Shown piece after piece: positions 29,183 through 38,021 of a DNA stretch of 64,000 nt (the first letter of the stretch is position 1; every line of letters begins with the position of its first letter). The DNA lies in assembly GCA_025963465.1 (NCBI GenBank), contig JAOQAP010000225.1:74-64073 (forward strand), given 5' to 3'. The notes below the pieces were generated by a model that did not search any database, was not told the origin of the DNA, and saw nothing but the letters and a program-made list of their open reading frames with translations. The stretch comes from Flavipsychrobacter sp. GTDB lineage: Bacteria; Bacteroidota; Bacteroidia; Chitinophagales; Chitinophagaceae. The position numbers and the translations under genes are program-made.

Positions 29183-29968
29183 TTAATCATTTGCTTTACC
29201 CATGGCTGCATTTTTCATTTCTTGTGTAGCTTCTGCACCAAGGTAATTAGCTATGCTTTTTTCAATGAAATAGATAAGTGGTGTAAGGACTAATGCCATC
29301 GTGAACTTGTAAGTATAGTTGACCAGCCCAATGGCAATAACGCGCTGGTAAGACCAGCCCTTGCCGATCTTGAAGGCGATAAAAAGTACAATAAAGCTGT
29401 CTATCAATTGGGATATAACTGTAGATCCTGTAGCACGCAGCCATACATGCTTTTCTCCTGTTACTTTCTTTATTTTATGAAAGATGTACACGTCTACCAG
29501 CTGGCTGACCAGGAATGCAACAAGGCTGCCGACAATGATCCACATGCCCTGCCCGAAGATATTGGAGAATGCGGCCTGCATATCGGGTACGCCATTCTCC
29601 TTCTGGCTGCCTGTCCAGAACGAGGTATCCGCCGGTATGTGTATCGCCAGGTAGAACATGAGGAACGCATAGCAGATAAGGCCGATGGCTATGTAAGATA
29701 TGCGGCGCACTATTTTAGGTCCATAATATTCGTTGACTATGTCCGTCATAATGAACTCTAACGGCCAGAGCAATACACCGCAGGTGAGCGTAAATGTAAG
29801 GCCTCCCTCACCCAGCAGGGAGAACGGGTGGGGCACAAAGCCAAAAACGCGCTCCAGCGAGAATAATTTGCCGCCTATACATTCGGCAATAAGGGCATTG
29901 GCGACAAAAAACGAGGTAATTATGAGCAGTAGCCTGGTAGGCTTATCGCTGAATGTTTTTTTGATCAT
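29183..29968 (-). CDS. yhhQ: queuosine precursor transporter (YhhQ/DUF165 family)
   Basis: 261-aa polytopic membrane protein. The N-terminal region (FFVANALIAECIGGKLF) and C-terminal QLIDSFIVLFIAF are typical of the YhhQ/VUT family as I recall it. Confidence 0.7.
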   Translation of the reverse strand: MIKKTFSDKPTRLLLIITSFFVANALIAECIGGKLFSLERVFGFVPHPFSLLGEGGLTFTLTCGVLLWPLEFIMTDIVNEYYGPKIVRRISYIAIGLICYAFLMFYLAIHIPADTSFWTGSQKENGVPDMQAAFSNIFGQGMWIIVGSLVAFLVSQLVDVYIFHKIKKVTGEKHVWLRATGSTVISQLIDSFIVLFIAFKIGKGWSYQRVIAIGLVNYTYKFTMALVLTPLIYFIEKSIANYLGAEATQEMKNAAMGKAND

Positions 29969-30082
29969 AGATGGTAAATGTCCTGCAATATTAAATCTAA
30001 ATGTCGGGAGGTGCGCTATAGGGTGTTTCTATATGGTCATGCAGAGATTTAGCAGTAACTTTACGAAACAAACATTTTACCA

Positions 30083-30496
30083 ATGACCGTTACAAAGTAT
30101 GTACTGCCGGTAGTAGTGGGCGCAATGGCTGCCATGATGCTCATAACGCTGGGGGAAACATATGTTGGGACGCTCTATCCATTAAGGCCGGGTACAGACA
30201 GGTATGATGCGGCTTCGCTGGCAGCGGGTATGAGAGATATGCCTGATAAAGCGTTCATGCTGCTGCTGGTCAATTATATGGTCTGCTCTTTTGTAGGAGG
30301 TATCGCAGGTACATTGTTCATCAAAAGGGAGTCTGCACGGCCGTCTGTGGTAATAGGCATAGTGCTTACGTTCGCCGGATTGTATAATTTCCTGTACCTG
30401 CCGCACCCTTCATGGTTTGCGGTGAACCTGCTGGTATATATACCGTTCAGCTACCTTGGTTACCTGCTTTTGCGACGTAAAGAGGCCACTGTTTAA
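30083..30496 (+). CDS. small integral membrane protein, unknown function
   Basis: 137 aa with about 4 hydrophobic helices. Confidence 0.55.
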   Translation: MTVTKYVLPVVVGAMAAMMLITLGETYVGTLYPLRPGTDRYDAASLAAGMRDMPDKAFMLLLVNYMVCSFVGGIAGTLFIKRESARPSVVIGIVLTFAGLYNFLYLPHPSWFAVNLLVYIPFSYLGYLLLRRKEATV

Positions 30497-30582
30497 GTGG
30501 CGGTTACAATGTTAATACACCCCCTATTGTATACAACTTATTAGAAAAATAGCGTACCTTATCCCTCCGTTTTTGTTGCAGC

Positions 30583-31452
30583 ATGTATAGATCAGTACTT
30601 GTCATATTATTCTCCCTTTTCCTTCAGCCTGTTTTTGCACAGCGGGCCAGGGATACCTTTAAACTGTTTTTCGATCTGGGGGTGCCAAAGCTGAATCGTA
30701 CTACCGAAAAAAAGATAGACCTGCTCATCTATAATGACAAGATCATCAGCGGCAGCACCATAATGATAATAGGCTATGCTGACTACCTGGGCACCGAGTC
30801 GAGAAATAAAACACTCTCTATGAAACGTGCAGAGAATGTAAAAGACTACCTGGTGAAATATGGTATAAACGGCAACGACATAAAGCTATGTGAGGGCAAG
30901 GGCGAGATAGACCGCATAGGCGCTACAGATAAGGGTGGCATGCCTACAGACAGGAGAGTGGACATAGTGGTAAATAACAGGACAAAAAAGAAGCCTGTAG
31001 AAAAGCCAAAGCCGGTAAAGCTTTCGAACCAAAAAGTAGTGGTCAATAATATTGATGAAATAAAGAGCCTGAAGCCAGGTAGTATCTTCCTGCTGAGGAA
31101 TGTATACTTCCCGCCTGACAGGCATATCATCAAGAATGAATCGAGGGAGACACTGGAGAAGCTATACATATCACTTAGGGATAACCCGGGACTGAAAATA
31201 AGTATAGAAGGGCATGTGTGCTGTATTTCGCCCGATGCGCCGGATGCGCAGGACGGTGATAACGGAGAGATAGCGCTTTCTGTGAATCGTGCAAAGGCCA
31301 TATACAATTACCTGGTAGGTAAGGGTATAGATGCATCACGATTGAAGTATGAAGGCTTTGGTAAAAGAAGGCCGGTGGTGAAAATGGAAATGACGGATGA
31401 AGACGCCGAAAGAAACCGGCGTGTAGAGATAAGGATCCTTGAGAATAAATAA
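30583..31452 (+). CDS. OmpA-family protein with two OmpA-like peptidoglycan-binding modules
   Basis: Signal peptide. GYADYLGTESRNKTLSMKRAENVKDYL...DRRVDIVV, and a second module NRAKAIYNYLVGKGI...NRRVEIRI. Confidence 0.8.
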   Translation: MYRSVLVILFSLFLQPVFAQRARDTFKLFFDLGVPKLNRTTEKKIDLLIYNDKIISGSTIMIIGYADYLGTESRNKTLSMKRAENVKDYLVKYGINGNDIKLCEGKGEIDRIGATDKGGMPTDRRVDIVVNNRTKKKPVEKPKPVKLSNQKVVVNNIDEIKSLKPGSIFLLRNVYFPPDRHIIKNESRETLEKLYISLRDNPGLKISIEGHVCCISPDAPDAQDGDNGEIALSVNRAKAIYNYLVGKGIDASRLKYEGFGKRRPVVKMEMTDEDAERNRRVEIRILENK

Positions 31453-31478
31453 ATCCTGTAATTGCTGAACTTAAAATG

Positions 31479-31913
31479 TTAAGCTCTTGATATGAACGTA
31501 GGTATTGCTATCGTCTGGTGAGGTATCTTGTACGTTTTCTTGTGGTAGCTTTTTGCAGTTTGCAGCGCCATCTTTACTGCACTTATAATGTTGTCTGCAA
31601 TGTTGGTCCTCTTTCCTTTGGCAGTCGTCCTCTTCTTGGTTACCAGGTATACATCATCGTCGGCTAACGTGAAAATGACCGGTGTTTGTGTATGAGTTAT
31701 ATCACCCACAAAGCTATTGTAGGCATCGGTGATCATATTGTTGGTGCTGTGCGGGTCAAAAAATACCACATCAGGTTTTATCTCTGCTACCAGCTCATCT
31801 ATATTCTGCGGATTGAAAGCAGTAAATGGCAACAGGCCACGCTCTCTTAAAAGCTGTGCATCGGCCACTTTATAAGCCGGATCATCCCCGATAAGTAATA
31901 CCTTGATACGCAT
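31479..31913 (-). CDS. stand-alone CheY-like receiver-domain protein (tentative)
   Basis: Start set at ATG 31913 (MRIKVLLIGDD...DVVFFDP...), giving 144 aa. The acidic pocket DD and a candidate phospho-acceptor Asp are present. No output domain. Confidence 0.45.
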   Translation of the reverse strand: MRIKVLLIGDDPAYKVADAQLLRERGLLPFTAFNPQNIDELVAEIKPDVVFFDPHSTNNMITDAYNSFVGDITHTQTPVIFTLADDDVYLVTKKRTTAKGKRTNIADNIISAVKMALQTAKSYHKKTYKIPHQTIAIPTFISRA

Positions 31914-32002
31914 ACACCATGATTTGCAATAATTTATTAAAAAATCGTGCCACAGTTCTATTCTCCCCATAATGGGGTTATATGGCGTGGTGAAATGTAT
32001 AA

Positions 32003-32010
32003 TATCTTTG
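32003..32010 (+). promoter_or_regulatory. candidate -7 promoter box TATCTTTG
   Basis: Exact TAnnTTTG match 18 nt upstream of ATG 32029. Supports that start over the ORF-track 31972. Confidence 0.45.
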
Positions 32011-32028
32011 CCCACACACAGTATAGAA

Positions 32029-33378
32029 ATGAAAAATACACAAAAACCACTATTGGGCAGCGTTACTGCCCTTACCATTACTACCCCTGACCTGGAGGCA
32101 TCTTTATCTTATTACAACCAACTGGGCTTTGTAGAGGTAATGCGTGCCGATTGGCCCTTCCCATGGATACAGGTCAGCGACGGGGTACTGCTCATTATGC
32201 TGCGCAAAGACCCGAAGCCTTATCTTGCCCTTACTTACTATGTAAAGGACATAACCGGCGTAATAAGCGACCTGAAACAGAAGGGTATCACCTTTGCACA
32301 GGAGCCAAAGAAAGCCGATGCGCTGAAACGCGCTGTCATGATATCTCCTGACGGGCTGAATATAAGCCTGGTGGGTATGGTAGATGGCTTTAAACAACCT
32401 AAGGGGCCGGGTATGCTTAATATGCCGCCGGAAGACTACATGAAACCTGAAAAGTATGTGAACAAAACATGCGGACTGTATGGCGAGCTGGCGCATCCGG
32501 TAAAAGACCTTGAGGCCTCGCTGGCATACTGGGAGCTGCTGGGTTTTAAAGCAGTATCTAAGTATGAGTCGCCATACCCTTGGGCTATTATTAGTGATGG
32601 ATTGAGTGTGGTAGGTCTGCATCAAACAGCTACTTTCGATTATCCCGCCATCACCTACTTTGCTGCAGATATGCGCAGCAAAATAGCAAGCCTGAAAAAG
32701 AACGGACTAACTAACTACACTGATAAAGGTGCAGGCAGCATAGTGCTCACTACGCCCGAGCAGCAGCACATAAACCTCTTTAGTATGGGTATGGGCGAGG
32801 ATCCTATAGAGAAAAAAGTGATACAGCAAAACGTAATAGAAACTGAAAGGCTATTGCTGAAAGAGCTGAACCCATCCTTTGTAAAGGAAATAATGAGCCA
32901 ATGCACAGACGAGGAGCTGATGGGCTGGTTTGGACTGCACACTGCAGAAGCGCTGGAAGCAGAAAAGAATAAGCATACGCTTGGTATAGCCAACTATCGC
33001 ACATCTTATAAACAGTTTATACTGGTAGAGAAGGCTACCGGCATAGTGCTGGGCAGGGGTGGGTTTCATAACTGGTATGCCATGCACCGGCGTGCAGAGC
33101 TGGGCTATGCTATGGACAGCGACTACGGAAAACGGAAAGGCTATATGACAGAAGCGGTTACCGCTATCCTGAAATACGGCTTTGAGCACATGGACCTGAA
33201 CAGGGTAGAGGCCTATGTAGGCAGACACAATGAACCCTCACTGAAAATAGTGAAGGGGCATGGCTTTACACAGGAAGGTATACTCAGGGAGCACTTTTGC
33301 AAGAATGACGTGATAGAAGATTCTGTTTGCTTCGGGCTGCTGCTGAATGAGTATGAACAGGCAAAAAGCAAGGGGTAA
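32029..33378 (+). CDS. fusion protein: two VOC (glyoxalase/bleomycin-resistance fold) modules plus C-terminal GNAT (RimJ/RimL-like) N-acetyltransferase
   Basis: Two repeats of the pattern ...DLEASL.Y(Y/W).(Q/L)LGF... separated by ~140 aa. The C-terminal ~170 aa (IETERLLLKEL...ELGYAMDSDYGKRKGYMTEAV..L..GF..M.LNRVEAYV...N..S.K...K.GF..EG) are GNAT-like. Confidence 0.7.
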   Translation: MKNTQKPLLGSVTALTITTPDLEASLSYYNQLGFVEVMRADWPFPWIQVSDGVLLIMLRKDPKPYLALTYYVKDITGVISDLKQKGITFAQEPKKADALKRAVMISPDGLNISLVGMVDGFKQPKGPGMLNMPPEDYMKPEKYVNKTCGLYGELAHPVKDLEASLAYWELLGFKAVSKYESPYPWAIISDGLSVVGLHQTATFDYPAITYFAADMRSKIASLKKNGLTNYTDKGAGSIVLTTPEQQHINLFSMGMGEDPIEKKVIQQNVIETERLLLKELNPSFVKEIMSQCTDEELMGWFGLHTAEALEAEKNKHTLGIANYRTSYKQFILVEKATGIVLGRGGFHNWYAMHRRAELGYAMDSDYGKRKGYMTEAVTAILKYGFEHMDLNRVEAYVGRHNEPSLKIVKGHGFTQEGILREHFCKNDVIEDSVCFGLLLNEYEQAKSKG

Positions 33379-33464
33379 GTAGTTGTATTGTCATTTTTAC
33401 TGCAATATGCGGCGTATAAGATGACTATAATTGCCGCAATGTGCTTTCTTTCCTATCTTATTAT

Positions 33465-33472
33465 TATTTTTG
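33465..33472 (+). promoter_or_regulatory. candidate -7 promoter box TATTTTTG for fbp
   Basis: Exact TAnnTTTG match 25 nt upstream of ATG 33498. Confidence 0.45.
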
Positions 33473-33497
33473 TACGGTACGTAATATACATAATACA

Positions 33498-34523
33498 ATG
33501 TCGCAGAACAGATTAGTGACCATGGATGAATTTACCATCCAGGAGACAAGAAAATTTCCACAGGCTACGGGCGAATTATCATCGCTGCTGAGAGACCTGG
33601 GCCTTGCCGGTAAGATCATCAACAAGCAGGTGCGCAAAGCGGGTCTGGCTGACGGTATACTGGGTGCTCACGGCGCTACTAACGTGCAGGGCGAAGAGCA
33701 GATGAAGCTGGATGTATTGGCTAATGATACCCTCATAGATATACTGAAGAACAGCAACGAGTGTGCAGGTATAGCTTCTGAAGAGAACGACAACCATGTA
33801 TGCTATGAAGATACCTTCTCTGCCAATTCAAAATATGTAGTGCTGTTCGATCCATTGGATGGCTCATCTAATATAGATGTGAATGCACCGATAGGAACTA
33901 TCTTCTCTATATACCGCCGTGTGAGCGACCTGGGCAAACCATGCACAGAGGCCGACTTTCTGCAGGCAGGCAACAGGCTGATGGCAGCAGGCTACATCAT
34001 CTACGGCAGCAGTACCATGATGGTATATGCAACCCGCCTGGGCGTGAATGGTTTTACACTGGAGCCATCTATAGGAGAGTTCTGCCTGTCGCACCCGAAT
34101 ATGAAGGTGCCGGAGGATGGCAAGATATACTCTATAAACCAGGGTAATACCATAAAGCTGGACGACGGCATGAAAGCATACCTGGACTACTGCATGGAAA
34201 GCAATAAGGAAGAAGGCCGCCCGTATGGTCACCGCTACATAGGCTCTATGGTGGCCGACCTGCACCGTACGCTCATAAAGGGTGGTATATTTATGTACCC
34301 TGCAGACAAGAGCAATGCAAAAGGCAAGCTGCGCCTGCAATATGAGTGCAACCCGATGAGCTTTATAGTAGAGGCCGCAGGTGGCAAGGGCCATACCGGC
34401 TACAGCAATGTGCTGGACGTGCAGCCAACAGAGCTGCACCAGCGTGTACCTATCTTCATAGGCTCTAAGAACATGGTGAACAAGGTGCTGGAGTTTGTAG
34501 GGGAAAAACAAACAGTAGCGTAA
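33498..34523 (+). CDS. fbp: class 1 fructose-1,6-bisphosphatase
   Basis: [42 protein letters not shown] and [10 protein letters not shown] motifs. Start at ATG 33498 ([12 protein letters not shown]). Confidence 0.9.
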   Translation: MSQNRLVTMDEFTIQETRKFPQATGELSSLLRDLGLAGKIINKQVRKAGLADGILGAHGATNVQGEEQMKLDVLANDTLIDILKNSNECAGIASEENDNHVCYEDTFSANSKYVVLFDPLDGSSNIDVNAPIGTIFSIYRRVSDLGKPCTEADFLQAGNRLMAAGYIIYGSSTMMVYATRLGVNGFTLEPSIGEFCLSHPNMKVPEDGKIYSINQGNTIKLDDGMKAYLDYCMESNKEEGRPYGHRYIGSMVADLHRTLIKGGIFMYPADKSNAKGKLRLQYECNPMSFIVEAAGGKGHTGYSNVLDVQPTELHQRVPIFIGSKNMVNKVLEFVGEKQTVA

Positions 34524-34544
34524 ACAAAGACTCATAATAGTTGC

Positions 34545-34572
34545 AGCCGGGCCATATGGTTCGGCTTTTTTG
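34545..34572 (+). terminator. rho-independent terminator after fbp
   Basis: GCCGGGCC-ATAT-GGTTCGGC hairpin followed by TTTTTT. Confidence 0.75.
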
Positions 34573-34623
34573 TTTGTAAGGATTGCAGTTGCAAGCGATT
34601 ACTTTCGGGATAATAAATGAGTG

Positions 34624-35139
34624 TTATTTATTGAGATGAATTACTTTGTAATAAGAGGAGTACGTAATGTTCGCAGTATTTAGTGGATCTAAACGAACAA
34701 TTCTCCTCATGACAAACTCCGAATCTGAAATGAAAGAAACTAATCCTTGTTTCAGCCCTCCCATCCCCATAGTATATATTGGATATAAATTTCCATTTGT
34801 GGTTGTATCCATAAAGCAAATCAATGGAATACAATCAAAGCATCGCACATGGCTTGATGTTCCATCGCTGTATTTATATGGTGTAGTAGCAATTGGAGTG
34901 ATACAGGTTAAACTTTCTCCTCCTGAACCTTTATAATATTCTTTGAAATCATCAAAACTACCATCAAAGAATAGACTATCGTTTGAGACGGAACAGCTGT
35001 CATTTTTACAAGATTTGTATTGCCACCATGTTTCCCCCATTATTTTTTCAATAGCCTTATCATACGAATGCCTTTGTTTCTGACAAAACGCCGATGTAGA
35101 GACTGTAATGAAAACTAGAAGGAAAATATATAATCGCAT
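34624..35139 (-). CDS. secreted hypothetical protein (distant paralog of 25701-26255)
   Basis: Start at ATG 35139 (MRLYIFLLVFITVSTSAFCQ), giving 171 aa. Motifs shared with the 25701-26255 product. Confidence 0.6.
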   Translation of the reverse strand: MRLYIFLLVFITVSTSAFCQKQRHSYDKAIEKIMGETWWQYKSCKNDSCSVSNDSLFFDGSFDDFKEYYKGSGGESLTCITPIATTPYKYSDGTSSHVRCFDCIPLICFMDTTTNGNLYPIYTMGMGGLKQGLVSFISDSEFVMRRIVRLDPLNTANITYSSYYKVIHLNK

Positions 35140-35143
35140 CCGA

Positions 35144-35151
35144 CAAAGATA
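35144..35151 (-). promoter_or_regulatory. candidate -7 promoter box TATCTTTG
   Basis: Exact TAnnTTTG match 4 nt upstream of ATG 35139, which implies a leaderless transcript. Confidence 0.35.
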
Positions 35152-35224
35152 AGAATGAACTATTGTAACATAGTAATAGCAACAAAGGAGCACTATTACT
35201 GTTAGGCTGCGTTATCAAGCTTAA

Positions 35225-36538
35225 TTAAAATACCCACTGCTGTGCCAAAAACACAAGTATACCTGCAGCAAAACCAAGCAATGCAAGGCCACCTATTTTT
35301 TTCAGGTACCAGCTGAAGCTGATGTCTTCCATGCCCATCACGGCTACGCCGGCTGCGGTGCCTATAATAAGTGCACTGCCGCCTGCACCGGTGGTAAGGG
35401 CCAGGAACTCCCAGAAAGGATGATCGGTAGGGTAGGTGGCAAGGTCATACATGCCCTGCGACGCGGCTACAAGGGGCACATTGTCTACCACTGCAGACAA
35501 TAGCCCCAAAGCGATACCGATGAGGTAGTCATTTTTTAGACAGTTACTTAACACTGTAGCCAGGCCTTTGAGCGCACCAAAGGATTGCAGGGCCGATACT
35601 GCCAGCAGTATGCCCATGAAGAAAAGAATGCTGGGTGTGTCCACCCGCTGCAGGGCACGGGCAACAGTGAATCGTTCAGCATAGGCCGCGTCTTTGTCTC
35701 TATGCAGAAAAGCGGTGATGAGCCACATAACACCCAACGCAAGCAGCATACCCATAAAGGGAGGCAGGTGTGTAAGCGTCTTGAACACCGGTACGAACAG
35801 CAAAAAGCCAATTCCTGCGAACAGCATGATGTTGCCATCCTTTCTTTCCACATCGGTGCACGGTGTTATGGTTGCAGGGCTTATATGCTGGCCCCTGAAC
35901 CGGTAAGCGATAATAAGGCAGGGCACAAGGCAAACAACCAGGCTGGGCAGGATAAGTTGTTTAATGATGTTCAACGCAGTTACCTGTCCGCCTATCCACA
36001 GCATGGTTGTGGTCACATCGCCCAGCGGCGACCATGCTCCACCGGCATTGGCGGCAATAACGATCATACCTGCAAACCAGAGTCTGTCTTCTTTTTCGTT
36101 CAGTAGCCTGGAGCATACCGATACCATGACAATGGCCGTGGTCAGGTTGTCGAGCAGGGCGGAGAGTAAAAAGGTCAGTATGGATATGGTGATCAGCAGC
36201 CTCGGCTTGGAGGTTGTTTTTATTTTTTGCGTAATGATGTCAAACCCGCTGTGCAGGTCTATCAGCTCTACAATGGCCATAGCGCCCAGCAGGAAGAAAA
36301 GGATAGATGCGATGTCTCCTGTGTGATGCAGCAGTTCTTCCGATGCTGTTTCTGTGACCGGGCTTTGTGTGATGTAGATCGTCCAGCAGAGCACACCGGT
36401 TACCAGGGCAGATGCCGCCTTGTTTATTTTGAGTGTATGCTCAAAAGCAATAGCTACATACCCGATGATAAAGACACAGACGATCAATACTAGCGCCATA
36501 ATAAATGCTCCTGTGAGAGCACCTGCAAAATACAACAT
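35225..36538 (-). CDS. nhaD: Na+/H+ antiporter NhaD-type (ArsB/NhaD permease superfamily)
   Basis: About 437-aa polytopic protein with IAFEHTLKINKAA near the N-terminus and a LLGAMAIVELID segment typical of NhaD. ATG 36538 preferred; the TTG at 36559 is an alternative. Confidence 0.75.
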   Translation of the reverse strand: MLYFAGALTGAFIMALVLIVCVFIIGYVAIAFEHTLKINKAASALVTGVLCWTIYITQSPVTETASEELLHHTGDIASILFFLLGAMAIVELIDLHSGFDIITQKIKTTSKPRLLITISILTFLLSALLDNLTTAIVMVSVCSRLLNEKEDRLWFAGMIVIAANAGGAWSPLGDVTTTMLWIGGQVTALNIIKQLILPSLVVCLVPCLIIAYRFRGQHISPATITPCTDVERKDGNIMLFAGIGFLLFVPVFKTLTHLPPFMGMLLALGVMWLITAFLHRDKDAAYAERFTVARALQRVDTPSILFFMGILLAVSALQSFGALKGLATVLSNCLKNDYLIGIALGLLSAVVDNVPLVAASQGMYDLATYPTDHPFWEFLALTTGAGGSALIIGTAAGVAVMGMEDISFSWYLKKIGGLALLGFAAGILVFLAQQWVF

Positions 36539-36613
36539 TAACCGCGGTTCTGTTCTCAAGCTCAGTGCTGCTTGTCTTCGTGATATAATAGCTACAGGGG
36601 GAACAAATGAATA

Positions 36614-36997
36614 GTAACAGTAGTAACAAAAAGCGTAACACCTTTGTTGTTACGTTACGTTATTACTTATCAATAAAATATTATACTATATATTATAATT
36701 AAGTATTTAATAGTAACGTAACAGTACTAAGTGTTACGAACTGTTACGTTGTTGTTACGTTTAGTACGTAACGTAACAAGGGGAGTGTTACGGATTGTTA
36801 CGTTATTCCGTAACAGTAACAAGTGTTACGAACTGTTACGTTGTTGTTACATTTAGTACGTAACGTAACAGGGGGAGTGTTACGGATTGTTACGATATTC
36901 CGTAACAGTAACAAGTGTTACGTACTGTTACGTTGTTGTTACGTTGTTACGTTTTTTTAAGTTGGTACGTAACACTATTATTGTTACGTTATTACTT
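36614..36997. repeat. dense GTTAC/GTAAC motif array filling the nhaD / T9SS-cargo divergent intergenic region
   Basis: Hand count gives 17 GTTAC and 14 GTAAC, mostly as TGTTACG/CGTAACA. Imperfect flanking direct repeats lie at 36634-36668 and 36968-36997. The AT-rich core 36661-36712 has 5 G/C in 52 nt. Confidence 0.95.
36717..36945. repeat. 92-bp tandem repeat, about 2.5 copies
   Basis: 36731-36822 versus 36823-36914 differ at 3 of 92 positions. A third, partial copy runs 36915 to about 36945. Confidence 0.95.
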
Positions 36998-37067
36998 TTG
37001 CCGGCTGTTAAACCAGAAATTAGTTACCTGACACTAACATTTTTGCAAAAAAATACGCCTAATTAGT

Positions 37068-37991
37068 ATGAAAACCTTAATTATGAAAAGACTGCTACGA
37101 TCGTTGATGTTGCTGATCATTTTTTGCTACGCTTACGTTCCCGCTGTTGCGCAGCTGACAGGAAGTAATCGCTTTACCTTTGAGGCTGATGATACTATAT
37201 GGATTAAGGTGATGCAGATAGATACCGTGAACTACCGCCACAATCAGTGGCAGGCAGGGAAACCACAGAAAACTGTTTTTAATGCCGCTTATGCAGGAAC
37301 TTATGCATTAGTAACAGATACCATCAATGCCTATGCACCCAACGATACATCTGTATTTACATTGACATTCCCCGGCAGAGTGCATCCATCCTCATATCCT
37401 TCCTGGCTGGTGCCATGGATCGATCATTTCTCTTTCTACTACCAGCTAAACATGGATACTACATCTTTTGCGAGGTTAGAGTTTTCACAGGACAGTGGTA
37501 AGACTTGGATAGACCTGCAGGATTCTACACCTTTTGCTGTCGTATGTGATACACTGCTAACAACAACGGGGTGGCATTCCTGGTCTATACGTTTTATTAG
37601 CCCTGGATACTATATGTATAGTGATTCTTTAAAGTTCAGGTTCACTTTTGTAAGTGGCAGTGACACTATGAGCCGTGATGGGTGGATGATAGATGAGATG
37701 TATCTGAACTACATGTTTGAGGGAATAAATGACATACATGCTACTCATGATGTTACACTATATCCTAACCCTGCCTGTGATCAGCTGACCATTATCTCTG
37801 GGGAGACCGCAAACAAGGATGGCAGAACCGCAAGCATTTATGATATTGCCGGACGGCTATGGTGTAAGTATTCTTTAACCGGCAATTCAACGACCATTTC
37901 TACGGCGGATATACCGTGTGGTGTGTACCAGTGTTTAATAGATGCAGGAGATGCGCAAATAGTCAACAAAAAATTAGTGATTGTCAGGTAA
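37068..37991 (+). CDS. secreted protein of unknown function with T9SS type A C-terminal domain
   Basis: 307 aa with a signal peptide. C-terminal LYPNPACDQLTII...GVYQCLIDAGDAQIVNKKLVIVR. Confidence 0.75.
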   Translation: MKTLIMKRLLRSLMLLIIFCYAYVPAVAQLTGSNRFTFEADDTIWIKVMQIDTVNYRHNQWQAGKPQKTVFNAAYAGTYALVTDTINAYAPNDTSVFTLTFPGRVHPSSYPSWLVPWIDHFSFYYQLNMDTTSFARLEFSQDSGKTWIDLQDSTPFAVVCDTLLTTTGWHSWSIRFISPGYYMYSDSLKFRFTFVSGSDTMSRDGWMIDEMYLNYMFEGINDIHATHDVTLYPNPACDQLTIISGETANKDGRTASIYDIAGRLWCKYSLTGNSTTISTADIPCGVYQCLIDAGDAQIVNKKLVIVR

Positions 37992-38021
37992 AGGAGCTAC
38001 GCTATTTCCGTAACTTTAAGC

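Noticed and set aside
29969-30082. preQ1 riboswitch upstream of the yhhQ-type queuosine precursor transporter
   Set aside because: I read the minus-strand leader. It lacks the conserved preQ1-I features I remember (a short hairpin followed by an A-rich tail ending in CTA/ACTA). The spacer is only 114 nt and is shared with a divergent gene.
33864-34535. Long antisense or alternate-frame ORFs: 33864-34535 (223 aa), 7761-8348, 9860-10372, 27018-27542, 27864-28358, 42804-43523, 54315-55025, 35585-36106, 63518-63979
   Set aside because: Each lies entirely inside a well-supported gene on the other strand or frame and has low-complexity or Cys/Arg-rich composition with no motifs. These are shadow ORFs.
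36614-36997. CRISPR array interpretation of the repeat region
   Set aside because: The 92-bp units are directly contiguous with no unique spacers. The repeat length and internal sub-repeat structure are unlike CRISPR repeats, and no cas genes are in the window.
36614-36997. Chromosomal replication origin (oriC)
   Set aside because: An AT-rich core next to repeats is suggestive. However, I saw no DnaA-box-like TTATCCACA words, and no dnaA or dnaN is adjacent. Only an iteron-like architecture is noted, not an oriC call.
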